DNA of 62,107 nt, counting the filler. It is 9 parts of 9 records of this genome, joined end to end, with 100 filler letters (N's around TTAATTAATTAA, not from the genome) between each part and the next. Parts side by side here need not be neighbours in the genome. Positions count along the whole stretch, not along the records: positions 1 to 8,278 come from SRR31156797_37982; positions 8,379 to 14,144 come from SRR31156797_37991; 7 more parts are not named here. One strand, written 5' to 3'. Below, piece after piece: positions 1 through 8,830 of this stretch. Position 1 is the first letter of the stretch. Each line of letters starts with the position of its first letter. The notes under the pieces are model-generated. The model had not been told where the DNA came from and ran no database searches. It saw only the letters and a list, made by a program, of their open reading frames with translations. The position numbers and the translations under genes were made by a program.

Positions 1-251
1 TCCTTTTCCAGATTTCTGATCACCACCGTCATGTTACCCCCTGTCGAGAGGGTTTTCTCTATGATCTGTCCTATCTTCAGCTCGCCCAGATGGTACAGCG
101 CCTCCAGTACGCCGAACTGGGGCAGGGTGATGTTGAAGCGCGAGAGGAGGGCCGATGTGGTTCTCTGTTCCCTGTTGATCGTCCTCGACAGTCCCACAAC
201 GATGCGCAGATTCTTTCTGTCCTCTTCATCATAGCTCTCTTTTCTGGTCAT
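1..251 (-). CDS. MarR-family transcriptional regulator (3' end runs off the window; missing from the ORF track)
   Basis: My translation of the minus strand from ATG at 251: MTRKESYDEEDRKNLRIVVGLSRTINREQRTTSALLSRFNITLPQFGVLEALYHLGELKIGQIIEKTLSTGGNMTVVIRNLEK. This has the MarR winged-helix pattern (LTxxQFxVLEALYH...STGGNMTxVIxNLEK). The two + strand ORFs here are shadows. Confidence 0.88.
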   Translation of the reverse strand, partial: MTRKESYDEEDRKNLRIVVGLSRTINREQRTTSALLSRFNITLPQFGVLEALYHLGELKIGQIIEKTLSTGGNMTVVIRNLEK

Positions 252-581
252 ATTGGGAATATAATACTAGTTAGTAATAAATGCAAGAGAAAAATCGTTG
301 CAGACTGATTTTCGCAGAGGGATAGCCCCTTTCTGTGACGGGGAGGCGCCGCAGCCGCAGCGCCTCCCTCCCTTAACCGGCTATGACCTTGCTGTGGGCA
401 TCGGCCAGATCGTACATGGCGATCATATAGGGGTGATCAGGATCGTACTGGGTCAGGGTTATCATGCATTTCGAGTACCGTTCCGAACGGATCCTCGGAA
501 GGGCGATGTTCAGGACAGATTAACCCGTTCCAAGGTAATAATTCCGGATCAGACCTTGTCAGTATGGACAGAGGTGATGCG

Positions 582-1658
582 ATGAATAACAGAACTGCCA
601 TTATTATCTTATCTCTGTTACTGATTTCGCTGCCCTTGCCGGGGAGCGATTTCTCCGTTCCGGGATTTAAAACGGACTGGTCCCGGATCTCCATCGATCC
701 CGCCGAGATCCGCTCGGGCGGGCCGGACAAGGACGGGATCCCGGCTCTGAGCGATCCCGCCTTCGTATCGGCGGACCAGGCCGACGGCTGGCTGGGGGAG
801 AAGGAGGCGGTGATCCTGCTGCGCAGGGGAACGGAGGCCAGGGCCTATCCCCTTCAGATCCTGGTATGGCATGAGATCATCAATGACCGGATAGGGGGCG
901 TTCCCGTGGTGGTGACCTGGTGCCCCCTCTGCAACAGCGCCGTCGTCTTCGAGGGAGGGGAGCGGAATCTCGAATTCGGTACCACCGGACGGCTCCGGTT
1001 CAGCAATATGCTGATGTACGACCGCCAGACCGAGAGCTGGTGGCAGCAGGCCGAAGGGCTCGCTGTCATCGGAAGCCTGACGGGTGCGAAGCTGGAGCTC
1101 TATCCCTCCCTGATGCTTCCCTGGAAGGATGTGCGTGATCTGGAAGGGCTGAAGGTCGTCTCCCGGGAGACCGGTTACAACAGGCCCTACGGGAGGAACC
1201 CCTACGAGGGCTACGACGGGGAGGGAAACGCGCCCTTCCTGCTGGACAGGGTCAGGCGGAGCCTTGTAGACACCGCAGAGAACGATCTGCTTGACCGTGT
1301 GCTGCTTGTGCCCCGCGAGGGGGAGGATCTCCTTTTCTCCTATAAGGAGCTGAGGCAGAGTCCCGTCGCAAACAGGGAGGGCGTCGTCATTTTCTGGGAG
1401 GCGGGAACGGCCTCCCCCCTGGACGGGAAGCGCATCGCCGGCGGGCGGGATGTGGGCAGCGCCAATGCCTTTTCGTCATCCCTGGACGGCAGAACGCTGA
1501 GCTTTGAGTCACGGGGCGGCGCTATCTACGACAGGGAGACGGGATCGCGCTGGAGCGGTAGAGGGGTAGCCGAGGACGGCCCTCTGGCGGGACGGAGCCT
1601 GGACGCCGTCCCCTCCATTCAGCACTTCTGGTTCTCCGGCAGTCTGCTGGCCTACTGA
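582..1658 (+). CDS. DUF3179 domain protein (exported, CxxC)
   Basis: Signal peptide, then GGPDKDGIPAL, TWCPLCNSA, FGTTGRLRFSNMLMYDRQTESWWQQ and a C-terminal HFWF. RBS GAGGTG precedes ATG 582. Confidence 0.85.
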   Translation: MNNRTAIIILSLLLISLPLPGSDFSVPGFKTDWSRISIDPAEIRSGGPDKDGIPALSDPAFVSADQADGWLGEKEAVILLRRGTEARAYPLQILVWHEIINDRIGGVPVVVTWCPLCNSAVVFEGGERNLEFGTTGRLRFSNMLMYDRQTESWWQQAEGLAVIGSLTGAKLELYPSLMLPWKDVRDLEGLKVVSRETGYNRPYGRNPYEGYDGEGNAPFLLDRVRRSLVDTAENDLLDRVLLVPREGEDLLFSYKELRQSPVANREGVVIFWEAGTASPLDGKRIAGGRDVGSANAFSSSLDGRTLSFESRGGAIYDRETGSRWSGRGVAEDGPLAGRSLDAVPSIQHFWFSGSLLAY

Positions 1659-1740
1659 AGGCCTGCTCTCCGGGGAGCGATGCCTCTGATGGGGAAGGAC
1701 GCCCGGCGTCACGCGGATGCCGGGCCGCTGTGGGAGAACC

Positions 1741-2832
1741 CTAAGACTCGATCAGGCCGAGTGCGGACAAGGCGGAGACGATCTCTTTCTTCGGGGACTC
1801 TGAAAGAGCGATACTGGTACCGGTGATCCTCTCGGCCAGATCGATATAGAGGCGGCTGACCTCCATCATCTGCTCGTCCTTCAGGCGGAAGGTGTCGGCC
1901 AATGCCTTCCGCTCATCCATCCTGTCCTTGTTCAGCAGGACATCCTTGTCGGGAACGCTTGCCTGGAGCATCTCCCTGAAGAACTCCTTCGAGTCCTCCC
2001 TGATCTCGCCCTGCGCGTAGAGCTCGCTGTCCCAGTAGCGGGAGGAGTCGGGGGTTCCAATCTCATCGATATAGATCAGCCGGGACTCATCGCCCTCTCC
2101 GATATAGCCGAACTCGAACTTGGTGTCCACGAAGACCTTGCCGATCTTCTCCAGTTCCCGGGAGATAAGATTGAATCCTTCGGTCAGGAGCTTTTCATAC
2201 TCCGCCACATCCCCGGCGCTGCGGAAGTTGAAGGCTTCCAGATTATCCGTGATCTGAGCGCGCGTTATATTCACGTCGTCAATCTCGGGAATCCCGTCCA
2301 CTCCGCTAATAACGCCCTTGGTGGAGGGAGTGATCAGGAGCCCATCCAGTTTCTGGTTCTTCTTCAGGCCTTCGGGAAGGGTGATGCCGCAGATCTCCCG
2401 GTCCCCCTTCTCATAGGAGCGCCACATGCTTCCGGTGATGTACTGCCGGGCGATGGCCTCAACCATAACGGGCCGGGCCTTTCTGACCACCCAGACGAGG
2501 GGATGGGGGGCGTCGATGATATGGTTGCCCGCCAGACCCTCTTCCTCGAAGCGGGTGAACCAGTAACGGGCGATGGCGTTCAGGGCGGTTCCCTTTCCGG
2601 GGATCCCCTTCAGACCGCCCTCGCTCTGCCAGATGCATTCGTAGGCGGATATCCGGTCGCTGATGACCATGACAGCCAGCTCCTCATCCTTCAGGCCGTA
2701 ACGGGCGCACAGACGCTTGTTGTCTTCCTCCGTAAGCCAGTAGACGGAACGGACCTTTCCGGAGTGGACCTCTCCCGCATGCCTGATGGGCAGGTCGTCC
2801 GTCTTCACCAATGCCTTGTCTGTGATCGCCAT
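1741..2832 (-). CDS. purC: Phosphoribosylaminoimidazole-succinocarboxamide (SAICAR) synthase, long Vibrio-type
   Basis: [43 protein letters not shown] and SKEFFR motifs. Confidence 0.93.
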   Translation of the reverse strand: MAITDKALVKTDDLPIRHAGEVHSGKVRSVYWLTEEDNKRLCARYGLKDEELAVMVISDRISAYECIWQSEGGLKGIPGKGTALNAIARYWFTRFEEEGLAGNHIIDAPHPLVWVVRKARPVMVEAIARQYITGSMWRSYEKGDREICGITLPEGLKKNQKLDGLLITPSTKGVISGVDGIPEIDDVNITRAQITDNLEAFNFRSAGDVAEYEKLLTEGFNLISRELEKIGKVFVDTKFEFGYIGEGDESRLIYIDEIGTPDSSRYWDSELYAQGEIREDSKEFFREMLQASVPDKDVLLNKDRMDERKALADTFRLKDEQMMEVSRLYIDLAERITGTSIALSESPKKEIVSALSALGLIES

Positions 2833-3024
2833 ATGTTTATCCCCCGTTATAGAATGTATGAATTGATCTCCTTTTATACTACTTGTCTGACCTCTGTATC
2901 AATAGCTCGATGGTCATGATTTCATCCATTTCCCGTCGGCTCCCGGGAAAAAAATCTCCTGAGGGGCCGGAGGAGTCGTTCAGAGCCTATCCGCAGGTCG
3001 GATTAAACTGCTATTATCCGTAAA

Positions 3025-3813
3025 ATGGATAAGGTCGTTGCAGGCGGAAAACAGGTTTATATTGTCCGCTCACACAATCAGGTTCTGGAGGCATGGGAAG
3101 CGCGGCCCGGGCTGAAGGTCTTCTCCCTGGACTTCCACACGGATACCAGGGAGGCCCTGGGCAGCTACGCCTACTGGAGGACGGACAGCGAGGTCAGGGC
3201 GGGGAGATGCGATGATCCGGAACAGCGAAAGAGGGAGCTCCGGGATGAGAAGATCCGGGCCTACCTTGAGGGCGACGCCACCATAAGAGGCATTAACGAC
3301 AATTTGAAACATGACGAGCATCTGGACTTCGCCGTACGCTGCGATATGATCGAAAAGGCTTTCGTCCTGTCGAAGAACAGCAATCCGAGTTCCTCCAATC
3401 CCAATGTGCACATCGCCCTGGGAACGGAGGAGTTCGCAGGGCAGCGGATCATCGAGTATTCGCCTCCCTGCGTTCCCGGCTGCCCCGAGTCGGTCCATGA
3501 TGACGACTGCCGCAGGCTGCTGGCGGATGCCTCCCTGGAAGATACGGTCCTGGGGGATGCCGTTTCGACGGCCGAGTCTTTCGATCCCTTCTTCTTTGAC
3601 GGCTACATCCTCGACATCGACTGCGATTACTTCAATACGGAGAAAAGTCTCCGGCCCGAGGGGGCCGGCGTTTTCAGAAGACTGGTCAGAAACGCGGCGC
3701 TTATCACCATCGCCCTTGAGCCGGAGTGCGTGAGGATATGCCGTTTGGAAGACAGCTTCCTGGAGAGCGGGAGGATACTGGAAGGGCTGATCGCCCTCAT
3801 CGAAAAGGCCTGA
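3025..3813 (+). CDS. UPF0489-family protein (arginase/deacetylase-like metal-binding fold)
   Basis: SHNQVL, LDFHTD, ILDIDCDYF and ITIALEP motifs. Confidence 0.7.
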   Translation: MDKVVAGGKQVYIVRSHNQVLEAWEARPGLKVFSLDFHTDTREALGSYAYWRTDSEVRAGRCDDPEQRKRELRDEKIRAYLEGDATIRGINDNLKHDEHLDFAVRCDMIEKAFVLSKNSNPSSSNPNVHIALGTEEFAGQRIIEYSPPCVPGCPESVHDDDCRRLLADASLEDTVLGDAVSTAESFDPFFFDGYILDIDCDYFNTEKSLRPEGAGVFRRLVRNAALITIALEPECVRICRLEDSFLESGRILEGLIALIEKA

Positions 3814-3969
3814 CCTCCCTCATCGGCTCTCTGGGATTCCAACAGGGCGGAACCGGGGATTTCCTGTCCCCTTTTTGAGTTTCCCGGACCCCTGCCGGCG
3901 GGAAGTGGAGTATAATAGTATTAGTGGTCACTGCATGCTGTACTGAATCGTTTTCAGGAGGTGCGGGTT

Positions 3970-4143
3970 ATGAGAGAGATGGCGGGTCAATGGTTCATCG
4001 TCGAGGGATTAATGGACTACCGGGGCGTTCAGCAGGTATTGGAATTCCAGAAACACGGCGATCATCGCAGGTTCGGAGAGATCGCCCTGTCCAGGCATCT
4101 GATCAACGGAAAAGAGCTGAAACGGTACATAAAGAGCCTCTGA
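3970..4143 (+). CDS. 57-aa small protein made of two MshEN-like 24-residue motifs
   Basis: RBS AGGAGG at 3956-3961, ATG at 3970, TATAAT at 3911-3916. Sequence MREMAGQWFIVEGLMDYRGVQQVLEFQKHGDHRRFGEIALSRHLINGKELKRYIKSL. Confidence 0.7.
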   Translation: MREMAGQWFIVEGLMDYRGVQQVLEFQKHGDHRRFGEIALSRHLINGKELKRYIKSL

Positions 4144-4236
4144 AAAAACCTTCGATCCTCCCTGGAACAGGATCTTCCCCATCCTCGGAACTGCTCGGGA
4201 GGGGAAATGCTTCCAGGGAGAAAAACTTGTGAATCC

Positions 4237-5004
4237 TCAGGACCAGATATAGCTGAGAACCTCTTCTCTCAGTCTCACGAACTCGGGGAGGGACTTCAGC
4301 TCCCGGCTGTCCCTGTCCATGTACTCCGTACTGAAGGGCGTATCCACCTTCTGGAGGATCTGTCCCGGCAGTTCGGACATCACGTAGACCGAGGTCGAAA
4401 GGTATATGGCCTCTTCCACGCTGTGGGTGATCAGGATGACCGTCTTGTGGGTATCCCTCCAGATCTTGAGCAGCTCCTCCTGCATATGCTCCCGGGTGAG
4501 AACGTCCAGGGCGCCGAAGGGCTCGTCCATCAGGAGGATCTCGGGATCGTTGGCCAGGATGCGCGCGATGGCCACCCTCTGCCTCATCCCGCCCGACAGT
4601 TCGTAGCAGTGCATGTGACCGAAGTCGGAGAGCTTCACCCTTTCCAGATTCTCCCTGACGATGTCCCTTCTTTTTCTCTTCTCCACCCCGTTCACCTTGA
4701 GGCCGAAGGCGACGTTCTGCTCTATGTTGAGCCAGGGATAGAGGGCGGGCTTCTGAAACACCACCCCCCTGTTTCTGCTCGGACCTTTCAAGGGGCCCTC
4801 TCTGTCAAAGATCTCCCCTCTCGTGGGCGGAAGGAAACCGCCCATCACGTTCAGAAGGGTGGACTTCCCGCAGCCCGAGGGACCGACGATGCTTATAAAA
4901 TCGCCCTTTCCCACGGTCATGGATACATCCTTGACCGCCGTGAGCAGTCCTTTCTGAGTATTGAAATCGACGGAGATGTCCTTCAGTTCAAGCAGATTAT
5001 CCAA
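4237..5004 (-). CDS. ABC transporter ATP-binding subunit, TauB/SsuB/NitT family
   Basis: Walker A GPSGCGKST, signature LSGGMRQR, Walker B LLMDEPFGALD, H-loop ITHSVEEA. Confidence 0.9.
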   Translation of the reverse strand: MDNLLELKDISVDFNTQKGLLTAVKDVSMTVGKGDFISIVGPSGCGKSTLLNVMGGFLPPTRGEIFDREGPLKGPSRNRGVVFQKPALYPWLNIEQNVAFGLKVNGVEKRKRRDIVRENLERVKLSDFGHMHCYELSGGMRQRVAIARILANDPEILLMDEPFGALDVLTREHMQEELLKIWRDTHKTVILITHSVEEAIYLSTSVYVMSELPGQILQKVDTPFSTEYMDRDSRELKSLPEFVRLREEVLSYIWS

Positions 5005-5007
5005 GTC

Positions 5008-6033
5008 TTATTGCTCCAGAGCCTGTTGTATGTACTCGGGGTGCAGGGCCTCTTTGAAGACCTCCACGTCCGGCGCCGACTTGATCGTCTTCTGCTCCAC
5101 CAGGAAGTCCGCCGTAGCCTTCAAAACGGAGGCCAGGTCGCCGATGGCTCCCCGGGTGCCCATGAAACGGGATTCCAGCTGCTCTTCGCCGCTGAGGAGG
5201 ACGAGGCTGTTCATCTGCCTGAGGGCTTCCTCAACGGGGATATCGAACTGACGGCTGACCGCTTCGGCCGCCTTTGTCTCATCGCTTCTGTAGAGTTCAA
5301 CGGCCCTGATTTCCGCAGCCAGGTACTGGACGACCAGCTCGGGGTAGTCCTTGGCAAAGCCCTTTCTGGCGACGGTGATATCACCGGTCAGGTATCCCGC
5401 TTCGGCAAGCCTGCGGGAGTAGATCAGAACCTCTCCGCCCGACTCCAGCATCTTGGCCAGGGTGGGTTCCCAGATAAAGCTTCCGTCCACGTCTCCCCTG
5501 TGCCAGGCGGCCAGGGCGTCGGGGGGCTGCATATCGAATATCTGAACATCCTCGGGGTTCACCCCTTCCAGCTCCAGAGCCGCCAGCAGATGATAGTGGG
5601 TGGTGGCTCCGTAGGGCACGGCTATCTTCTTGCCCGCCAGGTCCCGGACCGATTTGATGCCCGCGTCCTTCTTCACCACAAGCCCTTCGTTGTCGCCGAT
5701 GATATCGTGGATCCAGATGACGTCGAAGGGGACCGAGTTGGCGATGCCCGCGGCGATGCCGCTGCTTCCGGACAGACCGATGTCGATGCTGCCGGCGGCC
5801 AGGCCCGTGTTGAGTTCGGAACCCGAGTTCACCTGCACCCATTCCACCGGGACGCCCGCGGCTTCCTCGAACCAGTTGAAATCCTTGGAGATGATCTGGC
5901 CGTTGGGGATGGCCTGATAACCGATGACGATCTTCCCGGGCAGTCCGTCGGTCTCACCCTGTCCGGCTGCGGAAACAGCCGCGATGGAGATGCTGAACAA
6001 CACCGTCAGGAAAAGCACAATTCTCTTTGTCAT
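5008..6033 (-). CDS. Taurine/sulfonate-type ABC substrate-binding protein (TauA-like)
   Basis: Signal peptide, IGYQAIPN, DLAGKKIAVPYGATTHYHLL and AAWHRGDVDGSFIWEP, all typical of TauA. Confidence 0.82.
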   Translation of the reverse strand: MTKRIVLFLTVLFSISIAAVSAAGQGETDGLPGKIVIGYQAIPNGQIISKDFNWFEEAAGVPVEWVQVNSGSELNTGLAAGSIDIGLSGSSGIAAGIANSVPFDVIWIHDIIGDNEGLVVKKDAGIKSVRDLAGKKIAVPYGATTHYHLLAALELEGVNPEDVQIFDMQPPDALAAWHRGDVDGSFIWEPTLAKMLESGGEVLIYSRRLAEAGYLTGDITVARKGFAKDYPELVVQYLAAEIRAVELYRSDETKAAEAVSRQFDIPVEEALRQMNSLVLLSGEEQLESRFMGTRGAIGDLASVLKATADFLVEQKTIKSAPDVEVFKEALHPEYIQQALEQ

Positions 6034-6139
6034 TATTAAGGCTCCTTTACCAGCTTTCGAGCACTTTTCTTTGAAAAGCCTCTGTCGCTTGTACGATCAA
6101 AAAGGGATCCGACGCTAAGGGTCGCCCTTTATCTCATTT

Positions 6140-6928
6140 CTAACACTCTCTTCCCTTCCAGGGAACGACGATCTTCTCTACGACTCTGATGAGCCGGTCC
6201 AGTATTATTCCTGTGATTCCCATCACGATAATACCCATAAACATAACATCCCCCCTCAGGAATTTGCCCGCGTCCAGAACCATCCATCCGATACCCGATG
6301 TCGCCGCGACGATTTCGGAAGAGACCAGGGTGGTATAGGTAAAGCCGATGCTGACGCGCATGCCCGTAAAGATACCGGGCAGGCAGGAGGGGAAAATCAC
6401 ATGGCCCAGGATGTAGCCCTTGCTCGCCCCCAGGGACTGGGCCGTGTATATCTTCTCCCTTGAAACGGAGGCGACGGCCGACATGGCGCTGATGGACAAG
6501 GGGGGAAAGGCCGCCAGAAAGAGCAGGGTGATCTTCGATTCGTTGCCGATTCCCAGCCAGATCACCAGAATGGTGTAGTAGGCCAGGGGGGGGAGGGGGC
6601 GGTAGAACTCGACGATAGGGTCGAAGAAAGCCTTCACCTTCCAGTTGAAGCCCATCATCATCCCCAGGGGGATGGCTATAAGGCAGGCGAAGAGGAACCC
6701 CGTTATGACCCTGAACAGGCTGTCTCCCAGGTGCTGCAGAAGGGTGCCGCCTCTGTATCCGTTCAGAGCGATCTCGGTAAAGGCTTCCAGCACGCTGGCG
6801 GGTGTGGGGATGAAGTACTCGGGAAATATCTTGAGTCCGGCAACGATAAACCACAAAAGGAATATACCGAGAACACAGGCCGAAGAAATGGATAGTTCTA
6901 TGATTTTTCTTTTTGTGTATGCGTTCAT
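6140..6928 (-). CDS. ABC transporter permease, TauC/SsuC family
   Basis: RPLPPLAY motif, EAA-like loop AQSLGAS and SEIVAATSGIGWM; six TM segments. Confidence 0.88.
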   Translation of the reverse strand: MNAYTKRKIIELSISSACVLGIFLLWFIVAGLKIFPEYFIPTPASVLEAFTEIALNGYRGGTLLQHLGDSLFRVITGFLFACLIAIPLGMMMGFNWKVKAFFDPIVEFYRPLPPLAYYTILVIWLGIGNESKITLLFLAAFPPLSISAMSAVASVSREKIYTAQSLGASKGYILGHVIFPSCLPGIFTGMRVSIGFTYTTLVSSEIVAATSGIGWMVLDAGKFLRGDVMFMGIIVMGITGIILDRLIRVVEKIVVPWKGREC

Positions 6929-7015
6929 TGAATTACATTATAGAAAAATCGGACAACACAAACAATTCGGAAATAAGGATTTGTTCGCATTGCCCGATCA
7001 TATGTCAGCGCTTGA

Positions 7016-8278
7016 CTAGCTGGGACAGCTGTCGCTTGTCATCTTGCTGGTCTTGGCGGCGATGCCTGCGGCAACCTTGTTGCCGATGATTCCGCCCAGG
7101 GTCAGGAAGATGAAGAACCCCCAGCCCGAGAGGGAGAAGTTGGCGATCGGCGTGTAGAGGGCCCCGACGTTACAGCCGTTGGCCAGCCTGGTTCCGAAAC
7201 CCATGAACAGTCCGCCCATGGCGAACAGAAGGATCTCACCGGGTTTCACCTTTATTTCGGAGAAGAAGGTGGCCTTGAAGGTCCCCGCCAGGAGCAGGGC
7301 GATCATGGTGCCCAGTACGATCCCTATGTTCTGAACCGAAACGGGGTTGACGAAGATGGATGTCTCAAAGAAGGACGCCGGAAAACGGGTGAACCCGGCC
7401 AGGGCTTCTGAGGACACTCCGAAGAGCATCATAACCTTTCCGAACCAGTAGCCGTAGATGGTGGAGGCGCCCCATCCCGCTCTGGTGATTCCCATGAGCA
7501 TGATGAAGACCATACCGATGACCACGGCGCCCGTTCTCATCTTCCAGGGTCTGACGAAGAGGATTTCGTAGGTCCTGGCGCTGAGGATCCTGAAGGGGAC
7601 GTCCGCGTCACCCTCGATGACCTTGTCCTGCTCGATCTCCGAGCCCACGCCTGTGAAGCTGCCGTTGGCTTTCTGCTTGTCCTCATAGCGTTTGGCCAGA
7701 TAGGCGAACAGGGAAGCCAGGGCGGCGGTCACCAGGATCGCTCCGATATAACCGCTCATTCCGTCCCACATAAAGAGGTCGGGTAGGAAGACGCCTCCGC
7801 CCAGCTGCTCTCCCGTGGGGGACGAGACCAAGGAGTCTGTTACCCAGGACGCCGTCTTCTGTACGGGGAATCCGAGGAAGACGCCCAGACCGAAGAAGAT
7901 CAGGGTGGTGAAGGCTCTGGGGAGTCCGGTCACCAGGTCGGTCAGCACGCCCGAGGCGCAGCAGACCGAGAAGGTCATGCCGAAGCCGAAGAAGAGGCCT
8001 CCCAGGACCATTCCCAGGTTGATGGGATTGATCCACAGCTTGAAGCTTGTGGCGTCCTTGCCGTAGAGCAGGGCGATGGAAACGGCGGCCGTTCCGAGGA
8101 ACATCCACATAAGCACTCTCATCAGCTTGGTGGAACCGGTCCTGTAGGAGCGGTTGACGCTGCCGGCGAAGCCCATAAACGCTCTGGTCAGGGCATAGCC
8201 GAAACCGATTCCGGCCAGCAGCCGGAAGTAGAGCATCTGGCTGCCCAGAAAGGCCTGGGCGAAGACCAGGATCAGCAG
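7016..8278 (-). CDS. YeeE/YedE (sulfur/thiosulfate transport) family membrane protein, 5'-truncated
   Basis: GFGMTFSVCCASG and GFGTRLANGCNVGA motifs. The frame stays open (LLILVFAQAFLGSQMLY...) up to the linker. Confidence 0.85.
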   Translation of the reverse strand: MLILVFAQAFLGSQMLYFRLLAGIGFGYALTRAFMGFAGSVNRSYRTGSTKLMRVLMWMFLGTAAVSIALLYGKDATSFKLWINPINLGMVLGGLFFGFGMTFSVCCASGVLTDLVTGLPRAFTTLIFFGLGVFLGFPVQKTASWVTDSLVSSPTGEQLGGGVFLPDLFMWDGMSGYIGAILVTAALASLFAYLAKRYEDKQKANGSFTGVGSEIEQDKVIEGDADVPFRILSARTYEILFVRPWKMRTGAVVIGMVFIMLMGITRAGWGASTIYGYWFGKVMMLFGVSSEALAGFTRFPASFFETSIFVNPVSVQNIGIVLGTMIALLLAGTFKATFFSEIKVKPGEILLFAMGGLFMGFGTRLANGCNVGALYTPIANFSLSGWGFFIFLTLGGIIGNKVAAGIAAKTSKMTSDSCPS

Positions 8279-8378
8279 NNNNNNNNNNNNNNNNNNNNNN
8301 NNNNNNNNNNNNNNNNNNNNNNTTAATTAATTAANNNNNNNNNNNNNNNNNNNNNNNNNNNNNNNNNNNNNNNNNNNN
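8279..8378. other. Artificial contig linker
   Basis: 44 N + TTAATTAATTAA (stops in all six frames) + 44 N. Confidence 0.99.
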
Positions 8379-8830
8379 ATCCGCCCTTTCTGAACCGTCT
8401 GAACAACCATACGGTGAACCGTACTTAAGTAAACGGTTTCCGGAATAACAGAAGAGCGTTCCTCTTCTTCGAAAACCCGGTAGTTAAGGGAGTCATCCTT
8501 CTGGTTGTAAAAGGCCAGTAGAATTCGATCCACCGGAACCCGGCTGGCAATCGCCCGGTGAAAGACCGTAATAATGGCATCGAGTTCCAGGGTTCCGGTC
8601 AGCTGTCTGCCGATTTCATTTATGAACTGCTCCCGCCGATGAGCCTCTTTCAGCTGGGACTCCAGGCTGACCAGCTCCTGATCTTTAAGTTCACATATCT
8701 GCCCTTCCCGGTTTGTCCACTCCTGCTCCAGGGCGAGGAGAGCTTCCTTTAATTCAGGAAAATCCGGACCGCCCTGTGAAAGGCTGCCTTTGAGGAGAGC
8801 GAGGAATTTTTCAGTCGTGATAGTATCCAT
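8379..8830 (-). CDS. GAF-domain signalling protein, N-terminal part (3'-truncated)
   Basis: Coiled coil followed by INEIGRQLTGTLELDAII...VDRILLAFYN, a GAF start. Its ATG overlaps the feoB stop (TGATG). Confidence 0.65.

Noticed and set aside
340-560. Minus-strand gene-like fragment (...MITLTQYDPDHPYMIAMYDLADAHSKVIAG*) followed by a GC-rich hairpin
   Set aside because: It has upstream in-frame stops, no RBS and no recognisable family. It may be a remnant but cannot be supported.
582-1658. DUF3179 as a selenoprotein
   Set aside because: The family includes Sec-containing members, but this copy has CPLC and no in-frame TGA.
4207-6039. 610-aa + strand ORF, and the many other long overlapping ORFs in the GC-rich contigs
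   Set aside because: Antisense shadows of well-supported genes (here the ABC ATPase and binding protein), with no motifs of their own.
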